From contig JAEUQT010000001.1 in assembly GCA_016789445.1 (NCBI GenBank), forward strand, positions 131,603 through 195,602: a stretch of 64,000 bases of DNA, given 5' to 3'. The notes under the pieces are model-generated. The model was not told where the DNA came from. It worked only from the letters and a program-made list of their open reading frames with translations, and did no database searches. The stretch is from a bacterium. Lineage in GTDB: Bacteria > Patescibacteriota > Minisyncoccia > Phycocordibacterales > UBA2100. The position numbers and the translations under genes are program-made. Below, in pieces: positions 9,376-18,800 of the stretch; positions within the stretch are counted from its first letter, which is position 1, and the number at the start of each line of letters is the position of its first letter.

Positions 9376-9927
9376 TCAATCCGTTTTCCAACTCAGGTCG
9401 TAGGCGTACCGTTTGCCGCCGAGATCTTCGGCATGCACCTCACCGTCCAAACGCCCGTAGTCCATTACGCCTTGGAAGAATCCGGCGAAATGATCCAAGG
9501 GATAGTCATTGTTCTCCATAATGATACGGATGTTTCCTTTCCCTCGCTCCTCAGAAATGAAGCGCACCCCATTGAATACATAGCCGGCGATGTGGTTGGC
9601 ATTCATAAAGAAAAGGCGGATGTTCGAACGGAAGAGCGGCAGGATGAGTCCGCCGAGTTCCGTCTTGGAAAAGTTCTCGAAATGCAGTTTTCCTGCACTG
9701 AACGCACGTCGCTCCGGCGGCACGCTCGGATCGAGGATGTCGAGCACATGCTCGATGATAGCGACTTCTTCCCGCACCGGAACATTCTCGAACATACCGA
9801 AGCGGGTCGGCTTCCCGTAGCGCGTCATCAGCTCGACAACACCGTCGCGACCCCGCTCTGCTTCAAGCGCATTGATGTGACTCATGACGAACAGGCCTCG
9901 TATTGTAGGCGTAGGCTCTGGTTCCAT
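9376..9927 (-). CDS. hypothetical protein, DUF2378-like
   Basis: The ~180 aa size and C-terminal ...YAYDLSWK resemble the myxobacterial TIGR02265/DUF2378 family as I recall it. Not verified. Confidence 0.55.
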   Translation of the reverse strand: MEPEPTPTIRGLFVMSHINALEAERGRDGVVELMTRYGKPTRFGMFENVPVREEVAIIEHVLDILDPSVPPERRAFSAGKLHFENFSKTELGGLILPLFRSNIRLFFMNANHIAGYVFNGVRFISEERGKGNIRIIMENNDYPLDHFAGFFQGVMDYGRLDGEVHAEDLGGKRYAYDLSWKTD

Positions 9928-10067
9928 ACTTATATGATACGAGACGTATCAGGAAGCGCCGCCTTTCACCCGTGCGCAAAGCACGGAGTACCCCTCACCC
10001 CCTTTTCATCCTCATGAAGGCACTATGGTATATTCACAAGGCTTATTAAGTTCACGAACCTATTGAT

Positions 10068-10556
10068 ATGAAAGGTTTCGCAGTACTTCTCGCAGCTCTC
10101 GTCGTCCTTGGTGGCGGCTATTACTGGTACATCTCGCAGCAGCCGGCCGCGACTGATCTCAATGTGACCGTCGACCAGATGGATGATATGGATCAGGATG
10201 ATATGGATCATTCGGCATCGACCAGCACCTCGACGTCGACCGCGACATCCTCTGCTCCTGCGACGGGCACACAGAACGGCAACGTGAAGGAATTCACCGT
10301 CACCGGCAAGAACTTCTCATTCGCACCTGCTGCGATGACGGTCAACAAGGGCGATCGCGTCCGCATCACCTTCGTCAACGACAGCGGTACGCACGATCTC
10401 GTCATCGATGAGTTCGATGTACGCACCAAGGTCATCCAAGGAGGCGCACGGGAGACGATCGAGTTCGTCGCCGACAAGACCGGCAGCTTCGAGTACTACT
10501 GCTCGGTCGGTCAGCATCGCCAGATGGGCATGAAGGGTACGCTTACGGTTAAGTAA
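10068..10556 (+). CDS. cupredoxin (plastocyanin/azurin-like type 1 copper protein), membrane-anchored
   Basis: N-terminal transmembrane helix and an S/T/D linker. Copper ligands are GTHD ... YYCSVGQHRQMGM (His, Cys, His, Met). Confidence 0.85.
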   Translation: MKGFAVLLAALVVLGGGYYWYISQQPAATDLNVTVDQMDDMDQDDMDHSASTSTSTSTATSSAPATGTQNGNVKEFTVTGKNFSFAPAAMTVNKGDRVRITFVNDSGTHDLVIDEFDVRTKVIQGGARETIEFVADKTGSFEYYCSVGQHRQMGMKGTLTVK

Positions 10557-10574
10557 GATCCCCTCTTCCGAAAG

Positions 10575-10599
10575 ACGCCGGCGCGTGCCGGCGTTTTTT
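10575..10599 (+). terminator. rho-independent terminator ACGCCGGC gcgt GCCGGCGT TTTTT
   Basis: Perfect 8-bp GC stem, 4-nt loop and T-run, 19 nt after the cupredoxin stop. Confidence 0.75.
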
Positions 10600-10617
10600 G
10601 GCATACCCCTGCCTGCT

Positions 10618-10884
10618 TCACGCGCCCGTCGTCTGCTTGGCGATGATACGGATGAGTACGAACAAGAAGGCATACAGCAGTCCGTTGAAGAGCGTGAGGA
10701 TGATTACCTCCCCCGTCGATCCATCCGCCCCACCGATGAGAGAACCGAGTGCGCGCCCCGGATACATCAAAGGACTCACGAGGAGCTCGAGTATCGGATG
10801 CATCAAGGAAAGCATGGCGACGACATAGAGACCGATGGTCCCGAAGAGGAATCCATACGTCCCGTACGTGAGCGCTTTATTCAT
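10618..10884 (-). CDS. hypothetical membrane protein (88 aa)
   Basis: Three predicted hydrophobic helices; ORF-track entry. Confidence 0.5.
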   Translation of the reverse strand: MNKALTYGTYGFLFGTIGLYVVAMLSLMHPILELLVSPLMYPGRALGSLIGGADGSTGEVIILTLFNGLLYAFLFVLIRIIAKQTTGA

Positions 10885-11022
10885 CCGGGAAGTATAGCAA
10901 GCCCGCTTTCATGAATACTGTGCAGAGGACAGAATTCATCGAAAATCAATCTTCCCGAATCCCACATCTCTGAGACAATGCATATATGTTAGTCGCTCAC
11001 TCACCTGCATCTATGTATCGCT

Positions 11023-11721
11023 ATGAGACCTCTCTTGTTTATTCTCTTCTTGGCGCTCTTCGTCGTACCTTTGGGAATCGATCGCCGTTCGCACGCCCCC
11101 TCGCCCTCCAACCTGTCCCCGTCCGAGTCGGAAACGGTAACGTGGGTAGATAGCAAACCTTCGCGGGTAAGCACCACTTCCGCACAAGCGACTGCTCGTG
11201 CAGAAACCCCTCAGCCCACAGTCGTCGCACCCGTGACGACTGTCGTTGCTGCTGAAGCAGCACCAGTGGTCGAGACCAAACCTGCTGCAGAGCCAACAAC
11301 CCCAATCGACGTCATCGCGGAGATGGAAACGGAGATCCTGCGTCTCACCAATGAAGAGCGTGTCGAACAAGGCCTACCAGCCCTCACCTTTGATACGAAA
11401 CTGCACAGCATCGCCACCCTCCACAGCGAGGACATGCTCGCGAATGATTATTTCGAGCACGAAGATCCGGATGGCTGCAGTTCATCGTGCCGCGCCACGA
11501 ATGCAGGATATCGCTGGCGAGCGATCGGCGAGAACATCTACATGATGTCGGGATATAAAATAGACCCTGCAAAGATGGCAGCACAGGTCGTTGCCGGCTG
11601 GATGGATTCCCCCGGTCATCGCGCCAACATCCTTGGCACGTCATTCGCTGAGAGCGGCGTCGGCGTCGCCATCAAAGGCAAAGACGTGTACGTTACGGCG
11701 GTGTACGGCAAGGAGCGCTGA
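11023..11721 (+). CDS. secreted CAP/SCP (YkwD-like) domain protein
   Basis: Signal-like N-terminus. NEER...GLP.L.....L...A..HS.DM....F.H......GEN....GWM.SPGHRANIL matches the CAP pattern. Confidence 0.85.
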   Translation: MRPLLFILFLALFVVPLGIDRRSHAPSPSNLSPSESETVTWVDSKPSRVSTTSAQATARAETPQPTVVAPVTTVVAAEAAPVVETKPAAEPTTPIDVIAEMETEILRLTNEERVEQGLPALTFDTKLHSIATLHSEDMLANDYFEHEDPDGCSSSCRATNAGYRWRAIGENIYMMSGYKIDPAKMAAQVVAGWMDSPGHRANILGTSFAESGVGVAIKGKDVYVTAVYGKER

Positions 11722-13038
11722 TTACTGCTTGAAACCGACGGCCTGGATGACTGCATCGGCGAAGCCAGCGGTGCGGAATGTCGAACGCACTTCCGCTTTC
11801 CAGTTCGCGCCCGTTATATCGATATGCGGATCGACGCCGCGACCCTCGATCGGTTCGCCGTCGTCACGCAGCGTGAGGCTGTGCACGAGGAGGACGGTGA
11901 ATTTTTCATCATCAGTGAGCTGTGTCGATATCGGGAACGTATTCTCGACCGTCCCCCATCCGCGCGTTTTCGTTCCGACGATCGTCGCCAGCCGCATGCG
12001 CTTGAAGATCGCCGTCGTGAGTTCCGCCGTCGATTGCGACATGGCGTCCGTGAGGATCACGATTTCTTTGAAATTGCTGAGTGACGGAATCTTCGGCACC
12101 GCGGGTGTGCGCTCGAGCTTCAACTCCCCCTGTTGGAAGAGATCGAACGCGTACTGATTCGGCCCGATGAAAAGCGCCAAGAGATACTTCGCGAAATCCA
12201 AGGTGCCACCCACGTTCCCACGCACATCAATCACCATCGAAGTGAGCTGTGGATTGTCTTTCGTCTTCTCAAGCGTGTTCACGAATTCCTGCAGTGTTGC
12301 CGGAGTGACCTTCGAGAGATCGAGGTAGAGCGTCCTCGAGCCGAGCACTTGGCTCACGACCGAGGGCAGTATCTTCGTCTCATCATAGATACTCTTGGAA
12401 CCTGCATCAGCAAGCACCTCCTTCGCCTTCTCGACTTGTGCCAGCTGCTCCTTCGCCTGCGGCGATGAGCTCGCCGCAAGTTCTGCGGCCTTGGTTTCGT
12501 ACGCCTGCTGCACTTGTTCTGGTGACGCGCTCTTGTCGACGCCGAGCTGCGCATAGAGATCATTCTCGCGCTCGATATTATTTGCTTGATCACGAAATGC
12601 GAGTTCCTGTTTCTCCGAAAGGAGTCCGCTGCGTCCCTGTGGTGCAAGATTCGCCAAGACGACGATACCGGTATCCACCGCCAGCTGACGCTTCTTCTCT
12701 TCAGGTGTGCGTGCAAACGCCTCGGCGAGCATCTGGGCGGTACCGGCACGATCCGGAGTTGGGAGCTTCTCTTCCGCGGTTCCAGCAGCTTTAGCGAGCG
12801 CAAGGCGATAGATTTCCGCGAGATCGGCTTCGGTTCCCTTCTGCCAGTAATTGGCCATCACGATATCGAAGATCTCCATGTCGAAGCGGACGTATTTGTC
12901 GGCCTCGGCCTCGGTCTTGTAGGCAGCGGCGCTTGCCGTCTGCGAGCGTGCATCAGCGCTGTAGTACCAGTATCCGCCGATTCCCGAGGTGATGACGAGC
13001 GAGAGAGCAGCGAAGGTGAAGAGCAATTTCCGTGTCAC
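11722..13038 (-). CDS. S41-family (C-terminal processing) peptidase with internal J-domain-like segment
   Basis: VIDVRGNVGG, ILTDAMSQSTAE and GTKTRGWG motifs. Residues ~159-221 look like a J domain without HPD. Confidence 0.85.
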   Translation of the reverse strand: MTRKLLFTFAALSLVITSGIGGYWYYSADARSQTASAAAYKTEAEADKYVRFDMEIFDIVMANYWQKGTEADLAEIYRLALAKAAGTAEEKLPTPDRAGTAQMLAEAFARTPEEKKRQLAVDTGIVVLANLAPQGRSGLLSEKQELAFRDQANNIERENDLYAQLGVDKSASPEQVQQAYETKAAELAASSSPQAKEQLAQVEKAKEVLADAGSKSIYDETKILPSVVSQVLGSRTLYLDLSKVTPATLQEFVNTLEKTKDNPQLTSMVIDVRGNVGGTLDFAKYLLALFIGPNQYAFDLFQQGELKLERTPAVPKIPSLSNFKEIVILTDAMSQSTAELTTAIFKRMRLATIVGTKTRGWGTVENTFPISTQLTDDEKFTVLLVHSLTLRDDGEPIEGRGVDPHIDITGANWKAEVRSTFRTAGFADAVIQAVGFKQ

Positions 13039-13156
13039 GCTGGATAGTGTAGCAGAAAAAAACCCGTCGGATTTCCTTCATCTTCGGTACATCATCAATC
13101 CGTACGATAAGCCGTATTAGTGCCTGTCTGCGACAGGTTCGTTAGACAAACAAACT

Positions 13157-13408
13157 ATGGGTATCATTGCATTCTTGGTTCTCGGAGGTGTCGCTGGATG
13201 GATCGCGTCGCTCATCATGGGCACCGACGCATCCCAGGGCGTCCTGGCGAACATCGTCGTCGGCGTCGTGGGGGCTATGATCGGCGGCCTTCTCTTCAAC
13301 GCATTCGGCAATGCCGGAGTTACAGGCTTCAATCTCTACAGCCTCGTCGTAGCGACGCTTGGCGCCATCATCGGCCTCTATATCGTCCGTCTCGTCAGGA
13401 CGGCGTAA
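13157..13408 (+). CDS. GlsB/YeaQ/YmgE (transglycosylase-associated) family membrane protein
   Basis: GGVAGWIASLIMG......ANIVVGVVGAMIGG is the typical family signature, and the protein is 83 aa. Confidence 0.85.
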   Translation: MGIIAFLVLGGVAGWIASLIMGTDASQGVLANIVVGVVGAMIGGLLFNAFGNAGVTGFNLYSLVVATLGAIIGLYIVRLVRTA

Positions 13409-13424
13409 CGAGGATCCTCGAGTC

Positions 13425-13454
13425 AAAACGGCCGCTCACGCGGCCGTTTTGTTC
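13425..13454 (+). terminator. rho-independent terminator AAAACGGCCGC tcac GCGGCCGTTTT GTT
   Basis: Hairpin plus T-run, 17 nt after the stop. Confidence 0.7.
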
Positions 13455-13518
13455 ATGAAATTTCTTGTATTGTCCCGCTCGCGCACGTGCATGAAGACGT
13501 TTATCCTACGGAGACTTC

Positions 13519-14118
13519 ATGGCGCGTTCACTTCTGATCTTCCTCTCTTCCCTTGCGCTTGCGGTACTCGTGGTACCCGTTATCGAGCATGCAGCGAGCA
13601 CTCCTACCCCGCTCGCTCCGGATGCCGGAGCCACTACCACCGCGATGGGCGATGCGCATTTCGAGGAACGTCTTCCGGATCCGACAGATAACCCTGCGCG
13701 CCTCATCATGCCCTCTATACAACTCGACACCTCGGTCATCGAAGTCGGTGTGACCGCGACGGGCGAGATGGACGTGCCGGATGGGAAGACGAAGAACGTC
13801 GGCTGGTATCGTTATGGCACTGTGCCGGGAGACCGGGGTAGCGCCGTCATGGATGCGCACGTCTATGCCGCCTTCAATAAGCTCCGGAATGTGAAGATCG
13901 GTGACGATATCTACGTGGTAAACATGCGCGGCGAGAAGCTCCACTTCCGCGTCACCGATTCGCGCGTGTACGAATACGACAAGCTCCCCTTGGAATACAT
14001 CTTCGCGAATAGCGACGGACGCCATCTCAATTTCATCACCTGTGCACGGAAATTCATCCCGTCGATCAACACCTACAGCCATCGCTTGGTGGTGTACACC
14101 GAACTCGTCGAAGATTGA
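13519..14118 (+). CDS. sortase (class F/E-like)
   Basis: N-terminal anchor. Catalytic-type residues are DAHV (His), FITC (Cys) and HRLVVY (Arg), and IPSI.LD-like RLIMPSIQLD is present. Confidence 0.8.
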   Translation: MARSLLIFLSSLALAVLVVPVIEHAASTPTPLAPDAGATTTAMGDAHFEERLPDPTDNPARLIMPSIQLDTSVIEVGVTATGEMDVPDGKTKNVGWYRYGTVPGDRGSAVMDAHVYAAFNKLRNVKIGDDIYVVNMRGEKLHFRVTDSRVYEYDKLPLEYIFANSDGRHLNFITCARKFIPSINTYSHRLVVYTELVED

Positions 14119-14997
14119 TTACTGTTGCGGAACGCCGAGGAGGACGGAATCGGCTACGGTACCGACCTTCGTACGCAGGAATTGTGCGGTCGCCTCGAAA
14201 AGGAGCACGGTCTGATCGATATCGCCGTCGGTATTCTCGTTCTTCGTCTTCACGATGAGTTCGTCGATGTCCCGCTGCAAGCCCTTCACGGTGAAGAACT
14301 TCCGTACGAAGAAGCGGTACCACGGCAGCTTCACGCTCACGCGCTCGTCCAAAGTAGGCGCCGCGGGAATCACCTTCACCCGCACCGGCAGCGACCACGG
14401 TATGATCGCCAGAAGATAGCCACGCGAACGATACACGATCTCATACGACGACGCGGTGAACGCGACCTCCTGCACGTTCGTATCGCGCAGCGCCGTAGAT
14501 GCGGCGATGAGACCGAGCTCTGCATCCGAAGCCTTCCCTTTTCCCTTACGCCAATACGAAAGTATTTCGCGCAGGTCGACGTCCCCCGAGAGAACTTGTC
14601 GCACTTTCGCGCCGATGACGCGTACGCCGAGTCCCCCGCTCGCCGTAGCCGCGGTCGTACCGCTGCCTTGCGCACCGACGCCTGTGAGCGCGCCGCCGCT
14701 AAGAAGCGTATTCACGAGCTCTTCCACGTCCGGATCATCGGAATCGTCTGGATCATCGGGAGTCGTCTCGGGTGTATTCGGTGCAGGATCATTCGGCACA
14801 ACGGTGCCCCCTGCCTGCGAACCGGGACCGTTTCCGCCGCCCGGTGTTGCAGTGCTGCCGGTATTGTTCGTCGAATCCGGACTCGGTTCCGGTAGCGAAC
14901 CGTCACCCACCTCGATCGTCTCCGTATTGTTGTAAAAAACCGCCTGCGCGTACCCTGTCGGCACCAAAAGAAGCGCGATGACGAGTGCGATCCTCAT
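14119..14997 (-). CDS. secreted hypothetical protein (P/T/G/D-rich linker)
   Basis: ORF 14119..15015. Start set at MRIALVIALLLVPTGYAQA (signal peptide). Confidence 0.55.
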   Translation of the reverse strand: MRIALVIALLLVPTGYAQAVFYNNTETIEVGDGSLPEPSPDSTNNTGSTATPGGGNGPGSQAGGTVVPNDPAPNTPETTPDDPDDSDDPDVEELVNTLLSGGALTGVGAQGSGTTAATASGGLGVRVIGAKVRQVLSGDVDLREILSYWRKGKGKASDAELGLIAASTALRDTNVQEVAFTASSYEIVYRSRGYLLAIIPWSLPVRVKVIPAAPTLDERVSVKLPWYRFFVRKFFTVKGLQRDIDELIVKTKNENTDGDIDQTVLLFEATAQFLRTKVGTVADSVLLGVPQQ

Positions 14998-14998
14998 A

Positions 14999-15637
14999 TT
15001 AGCGGAGTGCCACATAGATAAGGGTCGCGAGCAGCGTGTACGTCGCGGTATTCACCGGCGCAGAAGTACCGAAGAGTTTCGTCGCCCCACCGAAGGTGCT
15101 CTTCGGATTGAACAAGACGCCATCAAGCGTGATGCCCGCATAGATTTCATCGAGGATGAGGTGCGTGAAGAATCCCGCCGCCATGGCTCCGCCGAAATAG
15201 AGAGCGACTTCTTGAGAGAATCCGTAGTGTTTCGCGAGAAGAAAGGTTCCGACGGCGGCTATACCCAGAGCCGGCAGCGAGTGGAACATACCGCGATGAT
15301 GCGTGAGTCGCTTGATGATGCCGCCGACCACTACCCAGAAAAAGACCAAAGACGCTCCGGGGATGCCGACAAGATACCGCCAATCAGTCGCATACGCCGA
15401 AGCGAGCGTATAGAACGTAACCACCGTCGTCACCGCAAGCGTCATCGCCCCGAACACGAGATAGAACGGCATACTCGAATCGCTGTCCGTATCGGGCAAA
15501 AATGAGCCGATGACGGTAACGCCGAAAAGAAACACGAGGAGCGCGATGTCGGTGACGAGCGCGTATGAATAGAGCGCGACAACGACCACCATCGCGACGA
15601 TGGCACCCCATGCGATATGTTCCCTGAACATCGCCAT
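14999..15637 (-). CDS. membrane-bound metal-dependent hydrolase, YdjM/DUF457 family
   Basis: Multiple transmembrane helices with LPDTDS...HRGMFHS...THLILD motifs. Confidence 0.75.
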   Translation of the reverse strand: MAMFREHIAWGAIVAMVVVVALYSYALVTDIALLVFLFGVTVIGSFLPDTDSDSSMPFYLVFGAMTLAVTTVVTFYTLASAYATDWRYLVGIPGASLVFFWVVVGGIIKRLTHHRGMFHSLPALGIAAVGTFLLAKHYGFSQEVALYFGGAMAAGFFTHLILDEIYAGITLDGVLFNPKSTFGGATKLFGTSAPVNTATYTLLATLIYVALR

Positions 15638-15651
15638 GGGACTATTTTAAG

Positions 15652-15894
15652 CTACGCGCGACGGCGGCTGAGCAGTTTCCCTACTACGTAGAGGATATAG
15701 GCATTAAGTACGATAGGAGCGAGGATGAGCACGTACGCGAGATCGCCGCTCACGCCGCCGAACTCGAAAGAGGCGAGGATCAGCGTCCAGGGCATCCCCA
15801 GGATGAGCGCGATGAAGCTCTCGCCGAAAAGGCCTTGGGTGAAGATGAAGTAAGCGCTTATGGCGAGATAGATGCCGGGCAGGAGGTATTTCAT
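15652..15894 (-). CDS. hypothetical membrane protein (80 aa)
   Basis: Three hydrophobic helices. It lies immediately upstream of the ydjM-like gene. Confidence 0.5.
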   Translation of the reverse strand: MKYLLPGIYLAISAYFIFTQGLFGESFIALILGMPWTLILASFEFGGVSGDLAYVLILAPIVLNAYILYVVGKLLSRRRA

Positions 15895-15965
15895 GGGATT
15901 AAGTGTACCACTCTTCCCGTGCTAGATTGGAGCTAGTTGTATGGCTTTGACATGAGGAGACTCTG

Positions 15966-16199
15966 ATGAATAGTGAGAAACTGCCTGATTCTCTGACGTT
16001 GGCGACGAAGGTATTGCCGACCGGACAGGTCGAGGATCTTTCGAAGATTGATTTGATGGAACTCGTCGATCGAATGAATTTCGCAAGCCGGTACGCCCGA
16101 CAAGTCATTCCCACACATGGGAACGGAGACCTTTTCCGCCAAAGAACCGCGACTGCGATGAATGCGGTCGCTCACGGCAAGGATCCGCGTATCAAGTAA
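15966..16199 (+). CDS. hypothetical protein (77 aa)
   Basis: ORF-track entry in a locally lower-GC patch. It is followed by the hairpin GCCCCGC ttct GCGGGGC at ~16208-16225. Confidence 0.4.
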   Translation: MNSEKLPDSLTLATKVLPTGQVEDLSKIDLMELVDRMNFASRYARQVIPTHGNGDLFRQRTATAMNAVAHGKDPRIK

Positions 16200-16253
16200 T
16201 TTACCTTGCCCCGCTTCTGCGGGGCTTTACCTTTAAACGATTCGTACTGCACT

Positions 16254-16596
16254 TTAAGAAAGCTCGAAACCTAAAATGCCTTTAGCTTCTATTTTCTCGA
16301 GATATCGAGGGTATGAGGCATATCGATTCTTCACCTGCTCAACGGTAAGCAATCCTGGCATCACTTTTGCAATCGGAACCTCGGCAAGCATCGCCTCAAC
16401 TGTGGGCCAGAAATAAATTTTCCGGACTTTTCTTGAGAACGAATCGCTCCCGCAGATGAACTGGATATCGTCTCCTTCTTTATATTGAAGAGTGCTGCTC
16501 ATTAACGGCTCGTGTCTCTACACTTTTGAGCCCGCTCTTGATTTCATCAAAGCGAGCGCGGTCTACCTCCCTGAATTCTAGATTGTGAATTTCCAT
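16254..16596 (-). pseudogene. ASCH-domain gene split by a 1-nt frameshift
   Basis: The upstream 38-codon frame from the ATG at 16594-16596 (MEIHNLEFREVDRARFDEIKSGLKSVETRAVNEQHSSI*) and ORF 16254..16502 (MSSTLQYKEGDDIQF...GILGFELS) are in different frames. Together they reconstruct one ~113-aa ASCH-like protein. Confidence 0.55.
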
Positions 16597-16610
16597 ATTA
16601 CATGCGAGTA

Positions 16611-16747
16611 CGCCAGACAAGGATACTTTGGAAACCCTCGGTTTTCCAACGGTCGCCGAAGCGACCTGCCTTCCGACACGGGGAACTCCCGTTCCCCGAC
16701 CCCCTCCCTATCCAAGTCTGGCAACAAATCTCGTTGCACTCAATTTG
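16611..16747 (-). repeat. tRNA-trailing element, subfamily 2 (after tRNA-Gln)
   Basis: It shares gaaaccctcggttt and cttccgacacgg[hairpin]ccgacccctccc with the copy at 21842-21989. An inverted copy of the tRNA 3' end (16712-16729) forms an 18-bp hairpin with 16743-16760. A degenerate direct copy (cgccagacaaggat) lies at 16611-16624. Confidence 0.7.
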
Positions 16748-16818
16748 TTGCCAGACTTGGATTCGAACCAAGATACACTCCTCCAGAGGGAGTAGTCCTA
16801 CCATTAGACGATCTGGCA
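16748..16818 (-). tRNA. tRNA-Gln (anticodon CUG)
   Basis: Manual cloverleaf: TGCCAGA / GTCT..GGAC / ACTCC CTCTGGA GGAGT / CTTGG TTCGAAT CCAAG / TCTGGCA A. No encoded CCA. Confidence 0.85.
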
Positions 16819-16866
16819 ATTCCTAGCCATTCTACACATTTTTCCCCCGCCCTCAACGTAGCGTTC

Positions 16867-17073
16867 ATGCGGAAGATACGCGACAATAGGGATATGCAGG
16901 ACAATCTCCGGCTGATCTTTTCGGGCCTTTGGTTCCCCGCGACAGGATCGCTGTTCGCGAGCACCCTTCTTTTCGTACTTACTTTGGGTGACTATTGGGA
17001 ATTCCTCCTCTACGCACTCGGCGCATGGATCATCTGCACCAGCGTCGTGATCCTCACCTCCCTCAATTCGTAG
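16867..17073 (+). CDS. possible small membrane protein (68 aa)
   Basis: This is only the C-terminal part of ORF 16585..17073 (from MRKIRDNRD). It has two hydrophobic helices. The 5' part of that ORF runs through tRNA-Gln and the repeat, so it is discarded. Confidence 0.3.
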   Translation: MRKIRDNRDMQDNLRLIFSGLWFPATGSLFASTLLFVLTLGDYWEFLLYALGAWIICTSVVILTSLNS

Positions 17074-18738
17074 CTATTTGATCTTCCGTGCGAGCGAAGC
17101 TTTGACGAACGCACTGAACAAGGGGTGCGGTGTGAGCGGTCGCGCCTTGAGTTCCGGATGGAACTGGGTACCGAGGAAGAATGGATGCTCATCCTTCGGC
17201 AATTCCGCGATTTCCATCAGCTTTCCATCAGGCGAGGTGCCTGAAAATACCAGACCTGCATCAGAAAGCTGCTCAACATACTCCGGATTCACTTCGAAAC
17301 GATGACGATGGCGTTCGGAAATCTCCCCTGCCCCATACGCCTTCTGCGCGACGGAGCCGCTCTTCAATTTGCACGGGTATGCACCCAAGCGCATCGAACC
17401 GCCGTAATCCTTTTTCTGCATCTTCTCGATCTGCTCAGGCAGGATCATGATGATCGGATGCTTGGTCTTCGGATCGATCTCCGTGGTGTGCGCTCCCGCC
17501 AGTTTCGCTACATGACGCGCGTATTCCACCGTAAGGAGCTGCATGCCGTAGCAAAGACCGAAGTACGGGATCTTGTTCTCGCGCACATATTTGATCACGT
17601 TGATCTTCCCCTCGATACCGCTTTCCCCGAAGCCCCCCGGCACAAGGATGCCATGATACTGAGAGAGCTCTTTCACCTTTGAAGGATCCTTCTGGTAATC
17701 CTTGGCGTTGAGCCAATGGATCTCCGGCTTTACACCGAGATGGAACGCGGAGAATTTGATTGCCTCGATGACTGAAAGATACGCGTCTGAAAGCACGAAA
17801 TCCCCCGTATCGAAATACTTGCCGACGATACCGATCTTAACCTTCTCGCGACCATTGTGCGCATGCGCCGCGAACTTACGCCACTCATTCATGTCCGACG
17901 CCTGCTTACCTTTCTTATTGAGCGCTTTGAGGAGGATGTCAGAGAGATTGTCGCGCTCGAAATTGAGCGGCACATCGTAGATGGAATCGACGTCCGGTGC
18001 GGAAATGATGTGATCCGCCGGGATGTTCACTTGGATCGAAAGTTTCTCCTTGCGCTTATCATCGAGCGGCGTATTCGCACGCGCGATGAGGAAATCCGGC
18101 TGCACGCCGTAGGCATTAAGCTGGCGCACGGCATTCTGCGTCGGCTTGGTCTTCATCTCGCCGATGGTCCCCGGCACCGGCATGTAGGAGACCATTACGA
18201 AAAGACAATCAGCCGGATTCTGAAGATGGATGACGCGTGCGGCATCGATGAAGAGCGCGTTCGAGAAATCCCCCAATGTCCCGCCGATCTCGATCACGGT
18301 CACATCGGATTTCGCGAGCTGCGCGCTACGCTTCAAACGCTCCACGACGGCGTCACGCACATGTGGCACTGCCTCGACACACTTGCCGCCGTAGCCGAGG
18401 TTGCGCTCGCGATCGATCACCTGCTTATAGATCATGCCGGAGGTCATGTAGTCCTCGGGGCCGAGATCGCGATTGAGGAAGCGTTCGTAGTTCCCCATGT
18501 CCTGGTCGGTCTCGAGGCCGCTATCCAAGACGAACACCTCGCCGTGTTCCGTCGGGTTCATAGTCCCCGCATCTACGTTGAGATACGGATCGATCTTCAC
18601 GAGATTCACCTTGAGACCTCGTGCGGCAAGAATCTTGCCGATCGAGGCAGTCGCGATCCCCTTACCGACGCCTGACATGACGCCTCCGATCACGAATATG
18701 TATTTATGGTTGTTTGCGCGCGCACGCGTTGCCGTCAT
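17074..18738 (-). CDS. pyrG: CTP synthase
   Basis: KYIFVIGGVMSGVGKG N-terminus, the glutaminase domain GLCYGMQ...HRHR(F)EVN, and a length of 554 aa. Confidence 0.97.
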   Translation of the reverse strand: MTATRARANNHKYIFVIGGVMSGVGKGIATASIGKILAARGLKVNLVKIDPYLNVDAGTMNPTEHGEVFVLDSGLETDQDMGNYERFLNRDLGPEDYMTSGMIYKQVIDRERNLGYGGKCVEAVPHVRDAVVERLKRSAQLAKSDVTVIEIGGTLGDFSNALFIDAARVIHLQNPADCLFVMVSYMPVPGTIGEMKTKPTQNAVRQLNAYGVQPDFLIARANTPLDDKRKEKLSIQVNIPADHIISAPDVDSIYDVPLNFERDNLSDILLKALNKKGKQASDMNEWRKFAAHAHNGREKVKIGIVGKYFDTGDFVLSDAYLSVIEAIKFSAFHLGVKPEIHWLNAKDYQKDPSKVKELSQYHGILVPGGFGESGIEGKINVIKYVRENKIPYFGLCYGMQLLTVEYARHVAKLAGAHTTEIDPKTKHPIIMILPEQIEKMQKKDYGGSMRLGAYPCKLKSGSVAQKAYGAGEISERHRHRFEVNPEYVEQLSDAGLVFSGTSPDGKLMEIAELPKDEHPFFLGTQFHPELKARPLTPHPLFSAFVKASLARKIK

Positions 18739-18800
18739 AACCGGAATATCTGTATCTTAGTCAGTAATATCCATCGTGACCGGAATGACTGTGCATAACC

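Noticed and set aside
10033-10058. Direct repeat TTCACAAG ... TTCACGAA upstream of the cupredoxin gene, as a possible response-regulator box
   Set aside because: There are only two short imperfect half-sites 18 nt apart, 10-35 nt from the start codon. That is too weak to call without a matching regulator or further copies.
14119-15015. Neighbour of the sortase as its substrate
   Set aside because: No LPXTG-like sorting signal or C-terminal hydrophobic/basic tail is visible in this protein or in the other secreted proteins in the window.
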